Source of the DNA: an uncultured Oscillospiraceae bacterium
Lineage (GTDB): Bacteria; Bacillota; Clostridia; Oscillospirales; Oscillospiraceae
DNA length: 49,737 nucleotides
Reading direction: 5' to 3'
NCBI GenBank assembly: GCA_944387825.1
Contig: CALXGL010000009.1
Coordinates: forward strand, 1 to 49,737
This document shows, piece by piece, positions 17,007 to 25,648 of this stretch. Both the position numbers and the translations under genes were made by a program. The notes under the pieces were generated by a model. It did not search any database, was not told the DNA's origin, and saw nothing but the letters and a program-made list of their open reading frames with translations. Position 1 is the first letter of the stretch; each line of letters opens with the position of its first letter.

Positions 17007-18089
17007 TTATTGATAAGCGCGGAAAACGTCCCAGGCCAGTTTGCCAAGGTCAAATTCCTCGTCGATTTTCCTTCCTGCCGCTGCGGAGAGCTCCGCGCGC
17101 AGGCTGTCGTTCTCCATTATCTCCAGAATTGACCGTGCAAAGCCGTCGGCGTCTCCGTAATTCACGACGCGTCCGCAGACAATCCCGGTCTCGGCGAGGT
17201 CGCGGTTGCCGCCGACGTCGGTGACAACCAGGGGCAGGCCCGCATTCATGGCCTCGAGTATTGCGAAGCTCATTGCCTCGTTGCAGCTGCTGGTGTTGAG
17301 ATAGAGGTCGCTTGCGCGCAGAATCTCCGCCGTGTCGCTGCGAAAGCCGGCCTGTATGACCCGGGCGCCCAGGCCCAGCTCATGCCTGCGCTGCGCTATG
17401 TGCTCGTAGAGCTCTCCGTCGCCGCATATTACGCAGCGCCATGGCCTGTCCGTGAGCTCGCTGAGCCGCGCGAGAGAATCGAGCAGGAAGTCGAGCCCCT
17501 TTTCCGGCGCGTAGCGGGCGAAGATGCTGAGCATGAAGTCGCCGTCCTGAACCCCAAGCGTGAAGCGCGCAGTGTGGTCGCGCGAGCGGTCGAGCGCGGG
17601 CTCTACGCCGTTATAGATGACCTCTATGCGTTCGGGGCAGACGCCGTTTTCAATCATTATGTCGCGTCCCTCGCGGCAGACGGCGATAATCCTGTGATTG
17701 CCCGGCGTAAAAATACGGTTCAGTATGCGCCAGCGCGCCCCGGAGCGAATGGTCAGGTGATTGGTGTACACCACGCGCACGCCTTTATACCGCCTCCGTG
17801 CGAGCAGGGCGATAATGTTCTCGCGCGGGTACTGGGCATGTATTACCTCTATGCCATGTCGGGCACAGTAGTCCGAGAGCTTGACCGCGCTTTTGAGAGC
17901 GCCGGACCGGTCCATGTCCAGCCGCAGCGAGGGGATGCCCATAGCGGCCATTTTCTCACTGAGCTCGCCGGGGACATTGTAGGCGAAATGGCACTCATGG
18001 CCGGCTTCGGAGAAAATGCGCACAAGATTCTCAACATATTTTTCTGTTCCGGCTTTTCCGGCAAAGTTAATCAGATACAGCAGCTTCAT
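17007..18089 (-). CDS. Glycosyltransferase family 4 (GT-B fold)
   Basis: N-terminus MKLLYLINFAGKAGTEKYVENL and C-terminal ...SSCNEAMSFAILEAMNAGLPLVVTDVGGNRDL (E-x7-E-type region). I trimmed the start to the ATG at 18089. Confidence 0.85.
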   Translation of the reverse strand: MKLLYLINFAGKAGTEKYVENLVRIFSEAGHECHFAYNVPGELSEKMAAMGIPSLRLDMDRSGALKSAVKLSDYCARHGIEVIHAQYPRENIIALLARRRYKGVRVVYTNHLTIRSGARWRILNRIFTPGNHRIIAVCREGRDIMIENGVCPERIEVIYNGVEPALDRSRDHTARFTLGVQDGDFMLSIFARYAPEKGLDFLLDSLARLSELTDRPWRCVICGDGELYEHIAQRRHELGLGARVIQAGFRSDTAEILRASDLYLNTSSCNEAMSFAILEAMNAGLPLVVTDVGGNRDLAETGIVCGRVVNYGDADGFARSILEIMENDSLRAELSAAAGRKIDEEFDLGKLAWDVFRAYQ

Positions 18090-18177
18090 ATTGCAGCCTC
18101 CGCAAAGCAATCCATAAAATTATATAATAATTTCCCCTTAAACGTCAAGGCGGCTGTTGTTAACAGACCGTAAATAT

Positions 18178-18296
18178 GGTATCATATCCGCAAAGCGGAT
18201 ATGATACTTGGATTTCAGATCCTTTTTCTCGCCCCTGACGGGGCAACCGAAAAAAGATGACACATTATACCATAACGACCGCGCCGTTATGGTATA
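18178..18296. other. Three perfect hairpins in the divergent GT4/alaX intergenic region
   Basis: ATCATATCCGC-aaa-GCGGATATGAT (18181-18205, extendable to 18178-18208), GCCCC-tgac-GGGGC (18231-18244), and TATACCATAACG-accgcgc-CGTTATGGTATA (18266-18296, overlapping a TATAAT at 18293-18298). Confidence 0.6.
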
Positions 18297-18332
18297 ATAG
18301 TCCGGCCGGAGACGGAGAACGGAGTGAAAGAA

Positions 18333-19481
18333 ATGACTGAAAAGCTTTATTATACAGACGGAGAAATGCGTTCGTTTACCGCCCGCGTCGTGAGCTGCGA
18401 GCCGGATAACGGAGCCTACGCCCTGGTGCTGGACCACACCGCGGTTTTTCCCGGGGGCGGCGGACAGGAGGCCGATTCGGGCAGTCTCAACGGCCTGTCC
18501 ATAATCGGCATGCGCGAGGATGGCGGGACGGTATATCACATTCTGCCGGAGCCCGTTGAACCCGGGAGCTGCGTTAAAGGGACGGTGGACTGGACGCTCA
18601 GGTTCCCGCGTATGCAGGGCCACTCCGGAGAGCACATTTTTTCCGGAACGGTGCACCGCCTCTTCGGGGGAGAAAACGTGGGCTTTCACATGGGCGCCGA
18701 GGTCATGACGCTGGATTTTTCCGTGGAGCTCGGCGCCGCTGAGCTGGCCCGCTGCGAATATGAGGCCAACCGCGCCGTGTGGGCCAATCTGCCCGTAAAG
18801 TCCCTGCTTCCGGCGCCGAAAGAGCTTGAGGCTATGGAATACCGCAGCAAGAAGGAGCTCGACGGACTTGTGCGCATAGTGGAGATACCAGGGGTGGACC
18901 GCTGCGCCTGCTGCGCGCCGCATGTTGCCCGCACGGGGGAGATAGGCGCAATAAAGGTCCTGGATTCCATGCGCCACAGAGGCGGGACGAGAATAAGCCT
19001 CGTCTGCGGGGAGCGCGCGTACAGGGATTATGCCGCGCTGCACGGCGTGAACGCGCGCGTCTCGGCGATGCTTTCCGCCAGGCGGCTTGAGACCGACGCC
19101 GCCGTCGAGAGGATGCAGCGCGAAGGCGAGGCGCAGCACGCGGAAATAACCCGCCTGCGCCGCGAGCTGCTTGCGCTCAAGGCAGCGGCCCTGCCCGAGA
19201 CGGAGGGGAATATCTGCATATTTGAGCCGGACATGGACAACGTAACTCTCCGCGAGCTGGTAAACGCCGGGGTTGAAAAATGCGGCGGCGTCTGCGCGGC
19301 GTTTTCCGGAACTGACGGGGAATATAAGTACATAATAGGCAGCAGGACAGCCGACCTGCGCGCGGCGTCCCGGGAAATAAATGCGGCCATAGACGGCAGG
19401 GGAGGCGGCTCAAGCGCGATGATACAGGGAACCAGCCGCGCCCGGCGCGAAAAAATTGAGCATTTCTTTCTGAGCGAATAG
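18333..19481 (+). CDS. alaX: Alanyl-tRNA editing protein AlaX-L type (AlaRS editing domain + DHHA1-like C-terminus)
   Basis: HSGEHIFSG and CCAPHV zinc motifs of the AlaRS second additional domain, and a C-terminal GRGGGSSAMIQG. An alternative GTG start is at 18324. Confidence 0.8.
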   Translation: MTEKLYYTDGEMRSFTARVVSCEPDNGAYALVLDHTAVFPGGGGQEADSGSLNGLSIIGMREDGGTVYHILPEPVEPGSCVKGTVDWTLRFPRMQGHSGEHIFSGTVHRLFGGENVGFHMGAEVMTLDFSVELGAAELARCEYEANRAVWANLPVKSLLPAPKELEAMEYRSKKELDGLVRIVEIPGVDRCACCAPHVARTGEIGAIKVLDSMRHRGGTRISLVCGERAYRDYAALHGVNARVSAMLSARRLETDAAVERMQREGEAQHAEITRLRRELLALKAAALPETEGNICIFEPDMDNVTLRELVNAGVEKCGGVCAAFSGTDGEYKYIIGSRTADLRAASREINAAIDGRGGGSSAMIQGTSRARREKIEHFFLSE

Positions 19482-19502
19482 CCGGATGTGTGCAAAGCGC
19501 TC

Positions 19503-19531
19503 TTGTATTTGGCCGCCCGCGTTGTTATAAT
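19503..19531 (+). promoter_or_regulatory. Sigma-A-type promoter (TTGTAT, 17 nt spacer, TATAAT)
   Basis: TTGTAT at 19503-19508 and TATAAT at 19526-19531, with a 17-nt spacer, upstream of the M50 protease gene. Confidence 0.45.
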
Positions 19532-19548
19532 AGGCGTTGAGGTGTCAC

Positions 19549-20238
19549 ATGAACGATTTTGAAGCCATATTGCGCGGCCTGGACTGGTCGGTGCCCGTTC
19601 AGCTGCTGCTGTCCGTGCTGCCGGCGCTCATCTGCATAACCCTGCACGAGTGCGCCCACGGATATGCCGCGTACCGCCTGGGCGACGATACCGCCAGGCG
19701 CGCCGGAAGGCTTACGCTCAACCCTTTGAAGCACATTGACGTGATGGGCCTTCTTATGCTGGTGGTGTTCCGCTTCGGCTGGGCAAAGCCCGTGCCGGTG
19801 AACATGTATAATTTTAAAGACCCCAGGGGCGGAATGGCCATAACCGCCGCCGCAGGGCCGGTTGCGAACCTGCTGATTTCAATAGCCGCGCTTTTTATAT
19901 ACGGACTGCTGTTCATACCGCTTGCCGGGAAAGAGTGGGGCTGGTATGTGCTCGAGAGCGTGTACATGACTGCCTATCTGAGCCTGACCCTTGCGCTTTT
20001 CAACATAATACCGATACCGCCGCTGGATGGAAGCAAGGTGCTGTACTCGTTCGTCTCCGAGCGCAGCTACCGCAAGCTGATGTATTACGAGCGCTACGGC
20101 ATGATAGCGCTGCTGATACTGGTTGTTGTTTCGAACCGGCTGCCGGTTGACCCGCTCAGCGCCGCGGCAAACTGGGTGTTTGACAGAATCTTTATTGCTG
20201 CGCAGTGGGGCTTTGACCTTGTGAGGCTGTTTGTATGA
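19549..20238 (+). CDS. Site-2 protease family (peptidase M50) membrane metalloprotease
   Basis: HECAHGYAAYRLGD (HExxH), LNPLKHIDVMG and the NIIPIPPLDGSKV motif. Confidence 0.85.
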   Translation: MNDFEAILRGLDWSVPVQLLLSVLPALICITLHECAHGYAAYRLGDDTARRAGRLTLNPLKHIDVMGLLMLVVFRFGWAKPVPVNMYNFKDPRGGMAITAAAGPVANLLISIAALFIYGLLFIPLAGKEWGWYVLESVYMTAYLSLTLALFNIIPIPPLDGSKVLYSFVSERSYRKLMYYERYGMIALLILVVVSNRLPVDPLSAAANWVFDRIFIAAQWGFDLVRLFV

Positions 20239-21029
20239 GTATGGACCCTACTTTCCGCCTTGAAGGCGTTGTACACGAGCGCGATACGCTCGCAGACTTT
20301 GAAGGCCCGCTGAGCCTTATTCTGCAGCTGCTGAGCAAGAACAAAATAGAGATACGCGACATCTCCGTAAGCGAGATACTGGAGCAGTATCTCGCCTATC
20401 TGGACGAGATGCAGCGCATGGATTTGGAAATCGCAAGCGAATTCGTCCAGATGGCTGCCTATCTGCTGTACATAAAGACGCGGACGCTGCTGGCGGCCGA
20501 AAAAGAGGTAAGCGAGCTCGAACAGCTGATGAGCAGCCTCGAGCAGCTGAAGGCCAAGGGGGCCCGTGAGGCGCTGAAAGCCATCCTGCCGCAGTTTGCC
20601 GAAATGAGCGAGAACGGCAAGGACCTCTTTACCCGCGCGCAGGAGCCTCTCTCGCCGGCGGCCAGGGTGTATGATTACCGGCACGAGCCCGCGGAGCTGC
20701 TTGCGGCGCTCTGCTCGGTGTTTATGCGTCCGGACGTAAAGCCGCCCGCTCCGCGCGAGCTGGCCAGGCTGGCCCCGAAGCGCATTGTTTACGGCGTTAG
20801 GGACAAGTCCCGCGAGATAATAGAGCGCCTTACCGCGAGAGGCCCGGCAACGCTGGGCGAGCTGTGCGCCGAGAGCCGCAGCCGCAGCGAGGTGGTCGCC
20901 ACATTTCTCTCCGTGCTGGAACTCTGCGCAATGGGCAGCCTTACGATAACCGAGCGGGACGGAGCGCTGCTGCTGGAGTTTACCGGCGGCGATACCGATA
21001 AGATTCTGGAAGCGATAGAGGAAGAATAA
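20235..21029 (+). CDS. scpA: Segregation and condensation protein A
   Basis: FEGPLSLILQLLSKNKIEIRDISVSEILEQYLAYL is the ScpA N-terminal signature. It is followed directly by scpB. Confidence 0.9.
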   Translation: MSMDPTFRLEGVVHERDTLADFEGPLSLILQLLSKNKIEIRDISVSEILEQYLAYLDEMQRMDLEIASEFVQMAAYLLYIKTRTLLAAEKEVSELEQLMSSLEQLKAKGAREALKAILPQFAEMSENGKDLFTRAQEPLSPAARVYDYRHEPAELLAALCSVFMRPDVKPPAPRELARLAPKRIVYGVRDKSREIIERLTARGPATLGELCAESRSRSEVVATFLSVLELCAMGSLTITERDGALLLEFTGGDTDKILEAIEEE

Positions 21030-21640
21030 TGGACGTCAATTCACTTATCCCGGCGCTTGAAGCGGTGCTTTTCGCTTCGGGCGAGCCTGTGCCGTCGGCG
21101 CGGCTGTCGCTGGTATTCGGAGTGCCGGAAGAGGATATAATCGATATGGCGGAGACGCTTGCGCGCGAGTACGAGGAGCAGCGCCGGGGCGTGCGTCTGC
21201 TGCGACTGGGCAAATCGCTTCAGCTGTGCTCCGCGCCCGAGTATGCCAAACTGATTTCCAAGGTCATAGAGCACCGCGCGGCGCCGAAACTGTCGCCCTC
21301 CGCTCTGGAGGCGCTCGCGATAATTGCGTATTTCCAGCCGGTGACCCGCGCCTATGTGGAGCAGGTCCGCGGCGTGGACAGCTCATATACCGTCTCCAGC
21401 CTGGCGGAAAAAGGTCTCATTGAACCGGCGGGAAAGCTTGAGGCGCCGGGCCGCCCGACGCTTTACCGCACAACTGAGGCTTTCCTGCGGGTGATGGGCG
21501 TCTCGTCGCTGGACGAGCTGCCGGCGCTGCCGGATATGAACGAGACGGACGGGCTGGAAAAGCTTCAGGACGCCGTGGAAAAGCTCAAAAGCCGCGGCGA
21601 ACAGCTTGAAATAGCCATGGACGGGGATAAAACGGAATAA
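21029..21640 (+). CDS. scpB: Segregation and condensation protein B
   Basis: LEAVLFASGEPV... and LSPSALEALAIIAYFQPVTRAYVEQVRGVDS match ScpB winged-helix repeats. Confidence 0.9.
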   Translation: MDVNSLIPALEAVLFASGEPVPSARLSLVFGVPEEDIIDMAETLAREYEEQRRGVRLLRLGKSLQLCSAPEYAKLISKVIEHRAAPKLSPSALEALAIIAYFQPVTRAYVEQVRGVDSSYTVSSLAEKGLIEPAGKLEAPGRPTLYRTTEAFLRVMGVSSLDELPALPDMNETDGLEKLQDAVEKLKSRGEQLEIAMDGDKTE

Positions 21641-21664
21641 ATACATCCGTCAGGAGCTCTGGAG

Positions 21665-22345
21665 GTGATGGAACTGGTCGGATTGATAATACTCGCGGTG
21701 ATAGCGGCTCTGCTGCTTTTGCTGCTGTTCACGCCGCTTGGCGTCTCCGTGGATTACGGGGCGGACGGGCTGAGGCTGGCCGCAAGGGTCATGGCTTTCA
21801 ATCTGCAGCTCTATCCCAAGCCGGACAGGAAGCAGCGGGCCGGGAAGAACGCCGCGCCGGAAAAGAAGAAAAAGCAGGGGAAGGCAAAGGCCGGCAAGCC
21901 CAAAAAGGAAAAGCCGCCGCTTGTCACTCAGGACATGCTGCCCGAGCTGCTGAAGCTCGCCGGAAAAACGCTCTCCCGCTTCCGCCGCAAGCTTACGGTG
22001 AACCGCTTCGTCATGCACATCGTCGTCGCCGGCGAGACTGACCCATATAACGCGGTGATGACGTACGGGGCCATAAATTACGCCGTCGCAACCGTGGGAA
22101 GCGCCGCCGGACACGCCTTCAATGTGAAGAAGAGCGACATTCAGACCGGTATGGACTTCTCGGCCGCAAGCACGAGCGTAGAGGCCGGAATCACGATAAC
22201 CATAAGCATAGCGAGAATCCTTGCCGTGGCGGCAGCGGCCGGCATAGGCTTTTTGAAAATCAAACGACACGCGGCGAAAGCGCAGAAAGCCGCCGCCGGG
22301 GAAAGGAAGGAAAACAATGGAACAGATGCAGACTCCGATGGCTGA
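21665..22345 (+). CDS. DUF2953/YtfI-like sporulation membrane protein
   Basis: An N-terminal anchor followed by LGVSVDYGADGLRLAARVMAFNLQLYP, then a Lys-rich linker. The position upstream of a gerW/ytfJ-like gene is as in Bacilli and Clostridia. Confidence 0.65.
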   Translation: MMELVGLIILAVIAALLLLLLFTPLGVSVDYGADGLRLAARVMAFNLQLYPKPDRKQRAGKNAAPEKKKKQGKAKAGKPKKEKPPLVTQDMLPELLKLAGKTLSRFRRKLTVNRFVMHIVVAGETDPYNAVMTYGAINYAVATVGSAAGHAFNVKKSDIQTGMDFSAASTSVEAGITITISIARILAVAAAAGIGFLKIKRHAAKAQKAAAGERKENNGTDADSDG

Positions 22346-22730
22346 ATTTCTGAAAAACAGCATAGCTAAAATCAAGGAAATGGTCGACGCCAATACTGTG
22401 GTGGGCGATCCCGTGACCACGCCCGACGGCGTGACGCTGGTGCCTGTTTCCCGCGTGAGCCTGGGCTTTGCCGGCGGCGGCGGAGACCTTGTCAAGCAGC
22501 GCGACGGCTGCGTCGGCGGCAGCGGAGCCGGCATCAGGATTGAACCCGTCGGCTTCCTTGTGGTCAGGGACGGCGTCGTGCGCATGCTCAACATACAGCC
22601 GCCCGCGGTCACCACTCTGGACCGCGTAATCGACCTGGTTCCCCAGCTTCTGGACAGGGCCGAGGCCTTTATTGACAAGAAGTCCGCGCCGGCGGCCCCG
22701 GCCGCCGCAGAGGACGCGCCTCAGGCATAA
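22317..22730 (+). CDS. gerW: GerW/YtfJ-family sporulation protein
   Basis: IKEMVDANTVVGDPVTTPDGVTLVPVSRVSLGFAGGGGD is the YtfJ/GerW signature. The start is uncertain (ATGs at 22317, 22326 and 22338). Confidence 0.85.
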   Translation: MEQMQTPMAEFLKNSIAKIKEMVDANTVVGDPVTTPDGVTLVPVSRVSLGFAGGGGDLVKQRDGCVGGSGAGIRIEPVGFLVVRDGVVRMLNIQPPAVTTLDRVIDLVPQLLDRAEAFIDKKSAPAAPAAAEDAPQA

Positions 22731-22784
22731 GACAGCAAAAAATGCAGACAATAGCACCGCCTGACAGAAAAAGGTGGTGCTATT

Positions 22785-23909
22785 TTGAAGAGATTTTTAA
22801 CCGCCCTGCTGCTTTGCACGGCAGTTTTGTGCCCAAAGGCGCTGGCGGACGCCTCCTCGCCTCCGCAGATCAGCGCAAAAGCGGCCATAGTGATTTGCGC
22901 TGATAACGGGAAAGCCGTCTTCGAGCTCAATGCCGACGACCGCATGCTGATAGCCAGCACGACGAAGATTATGACGGCCGTTGTAGCGCTGGAGAGCTGC
23001 GGGCTTGATGAGAGGGTGAGGATTGATTCGCGCAGCGCGGGCACCGAGGGCTCGTCCATGTATCTGCGCGAGGGAGACGTCCTCACTGTTGAAGAGCTGC
23101 TGTACGGCCTCATGCTCTGCTCGGGGAACGACGCCGCAAGCGCGCTTGCGATACATGCAGTCGGGAGCGCGGAGGAGTTCGCGCGGCTGATGAATGAGAA
23201 GGCAGAGGAGCTGGGGCTGGAGGGCACGCATTTTGCAAATCCTCACGGACTTGACGCGGAAGGGCACTACTCCACGGCCGGGGACATGGCGCGCCTCGCC
23301 GCATATGCTATGCAGAATCAGGACTTCGCGCGCATAGTTTCCACTAAAAGCGCGGTAATACAGGGGCGGGAGATACAGAACCACAACCGTCTGCTCTTTG
23401 AATACCCGGGCTGCATAGGCATAAAGACCGGGTATACCATGGCGGCCGGACGAACGCTTGTGAGCTGCGCGCAGCGCGGCGATACAAGGTTTATCTGCGT
23501 AACGCTATGCGACCGCGACGACTGGCGCGACCACGAGGCCCTCTACGACTGGGCGTTTGAAAACTATGAGTACAGGAAGGTAATTGACTCAGCTGTCTGC
23601 TACCGTGTCAGCGCGGTAAACGGAGGGGCGCCGTACGTCCGGGCGCAGGCCGAAAATGACCGCGGCGTCCTGCTCGAAAAGGGAGAAGAGGCCGAGCTTG
23701 AAATTGAGCTGCCGCCGTTCGTCATAGCGCCGGTTTCAAACGGGGAGACCGCCGGGGCCATTCGCGCCGTGAGCGGCGGGGAGACGCTGTGCGAAGTCCG
23801 GCTTGTATATACGCAGGCGCTGCCTCCGGAGGAGAGGAGCGGCCTGCTCGCCCGGGCCGCGGAGTGGCTGCGCGGTCTGGGAAAGCCCATTTATCTGACA
23901 GAGGAATAG
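22785..23909 (+). CDS. D-alanyl-D-alanine carboxypeptidase (peptidase S11, DacB/DacF-like)
   Basis: Signal peptide MKRFLTALLLCTAVLCPKALA, then STTK (SxxK), SGND (SxN) and KTGYT (KTG). TTG start. Confidence 0.85.
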   Translation: MKRFLTALLLCTAVLCPKALADASSPPQISAKAAIVICADNGKAVFELNADDRMLIASTTKIMTAVVALESCGLDERVRIDSRSAGTEGSSMYLREGDVLTVEELLYGLMLCSGNDAASALAIHAVGSAEEFARLMNEKAEELGLEGTHFANPHGLDAEGHYSTAGDMARLAAYAMQNQDFARIVSTKSAVIQGREIQNHNRLLFEYPGCIGIKTGYTMAAGRTLVSCAQRGDTRFICVTLCDRDDWRDHEALYDWAFENYEYRKVIDSAVCYRVSAVNGGAPYVRAQAENDRGVLLEKGEEAELEIELPPFVIAPVSNGETAGAIRAVSGGETLCEVRLVYTQALPPEERSGLLARAAEWLRGLGKPIYLTEE

Positions 23910-23910
23910 T

Positions 23911-24624
23911 ATGAAGGAAAGACTTCAAAAACTCATATCCGGCGCCGGTATTTGTTCAAGGCGCGCCGCGGAGGCCATGATACTGGCCGGACGCGTTAGA
24001 GTGAACGGGGAGACCGCCACGCTTGGCATGGCGGCGGATCCGGATTTGGACGCAATCGAATTGGACGGCGCGCCGCTGAAGCTGCCGAAGGAGCGCATGT
24101 ATATAATGCTGAACAAGCCGCGCGGATACGTGACGACGCTGTCGGATGAGAAAGGCCGGCACACGGTTGCCGAGCTGGTGAGAAACGCCGGGCGCAGGCT
24201 GTATCCCGTGGGCAGGCTCGACTTGAACAGCGAGGGCCTGCTCATACTTACGGACGACGGAGAGGCGGCAAACGCCCTGATGCATCCGGCGCACGAAGTG
24301 GACAAGGTATATAATGTGACCGTGGCGGGGAAGGTCACGTCCCGTCAGATTTCGGCCATGGAGGCGGTGCGCGCCGTTGACGGCAGGCCGATACGCCCGC
24401 CTGCGATAAAGCTGCTGTCCTCCAGCCCGGACAGCAGCCGGCTGCGCTTTACCATACACGAGGGCCGAAACAGGGAAATACGCCGGATTTGCGAGAGCGT
24501 GAACCTGACGGTCACACGCCTTGTGCGCGTTTCGGAGGGCGAGCTGCATCTGGGAAATCTGCCCGCGGGAAAGTGGCGGGAGCTGACGCCGGCGGAGCTC
24601 GAATACTTATACGGCCTGCGCTGA
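23911..24624 (+). CDS. rluB: Pseudouridine synthase, RsuA/RluB family
   Basis: N-terminal S4 domain (RLQKLISGAGICSRRAAEAMILAGRVRVNG) and catalytic GRLDLNSEGLLILTDDG. Confidence 0.85.
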   Translation: MKERLQKLISGAGICSRRAAEAMILAGRVRVNGETATLGMAADPDLDAIELDGAPLKLPKERMYIMLNKPRGYVTTLSDEKGRHTVAELVRNAGRRLYPVGRLDLNSEGLLILTDDGEAANALMHPAHEVDKVYNVTVAGKVTSRQISAMEAVRAVDGRPIRPPAIKLLSSSPDSSRLRFTIHEGRNREIRRICESVNLTVTRLVRVSEGELHLGNLPAGKWRELTPAELEYLYGLR

Positions 24625-24784
24625 TGCGAATAAAGCCGCCGGCCCGGCCGGAAAGCATACTCAGGCGCCTGAATAAACTTCAAGTGTTTACATTCTGCCA
24701 CTTGTAATATCAACAAAAACTGTGTAGAATAACTTCGATTAACGTTTCGCCGCTCACGGCGGCTTTACATATGGGGGCTGCAAA

Positions 24785-25648
24785 ATGGATAAGGATATTC
24801 TGACTCTAATTTCCCGGGACAACTCGGGTTTTTCCAAGGGGCAGAGGCTGATTGCAAAATATATTCTGGAAAATTACGACAAAGCCGCATTCATGACGGC
24901 CGGAAGACTCGGCAAGACCGTGGGCGTGAGCGAGTCCACGGTCGTACGTTTTGCCGCCGAACTGGGCTTTGACGGCTATCCCGGCATGCGCAAGGCGCTG
25001 CAGGAGATGATACGTTCCCGCCTCACGAGCGTGCAGCGCATTGAGGCCGCGAAGGACATGCTCGACGACAGGAATATTCTCAAGGCCGTGCTGAGCGACG
25101 ACATAGACAAGCTGCAGTCCACGCTAGAGGAGATTGACCAGTCCAGCTTCGAGCTGGTTGTAAAGAGCATTATATCTGCGAATGAGATATACATCTTCGC
25201 CTCGCGCACTTCGCGCTCACTCGCGGATTTCCTTGCGTATTATCTGGGGCTTATACGCGCGGGCGTCCACCTGGTGGACGACAACAGCGCTGCGGAGGCC
25301 TATGAGCAGCTGCTGCGCATTGGAAAAGGGGACCTGTTCATAGGCTTTACCTTCCCGAGGTACTCCTCGCGCTCCGCTAAAATCATGGGATTCGCCAAGG
25401 ACAGGGGCGCGGCCACAATAGGGCTTACGGACAGCGAGAGCTCGCCGTTTTACGGCATGGCCGACGTATGCCTTTTTGCCAAGAGTGAGATGGTCTCCTT
25501 CGTCGATTCGCTTGTTGCGCCCATGAGCCTGGTAAACGCAATTATAATTGCCGTGGGAGCCGCCTCGCGAGACGCCCTTAGCGACACCTTCAAAAAGCTC
25601 GAGCAGGTCTGGAGCGATTACAAGGTCTTTGAAAATGTCGATGGCTGA
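24785..25648 (+). CDS. MurR/RpiR-family transcriptional regulator (HTH_6 + SIS domain)
   Basis: QRLIAKYILENYDKAAFMTAGRLGKTVGVSESTVVRFAAELGFDGY plus a SIS-type C-terminal half. Confidence 0.85.
   Translation: MDKDILTLISRDNSGFSKGQRLIAKYILENYDKAAFMTAGRLGKTVGVSESTVVRFAAELGFDGYPGMRKALQEMIRSRLTSVQRIEAAKDMLDDRNILKAVLSDDIDKLQSTLEEIDQSSFELVVKSIISANEIYIFASRTSRSLADFLAYYLGLIRAGVHLVDDNSAAEAYEQLLRIGKGDLFIGFTFPRYSSRSAKIMGFAKDRGAATIGLTDSESSPFYGMADVCLFAKSEMVSFVDSLVAPMSLVNAIIIAVGAASRDALSDTFKKLEQVWSDYKVFENVDG

Noticed and set aside
18138-19495. Minus-strand ORFs (333 aa and 155 aa) antisense to alaX, and a 342-aa ORF (21650-22678) antisense to the ytfI/gerW-like genes.
   Set aside because: The sense strands encode recognisable families. 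The antisense products lack motifs and RBSs.
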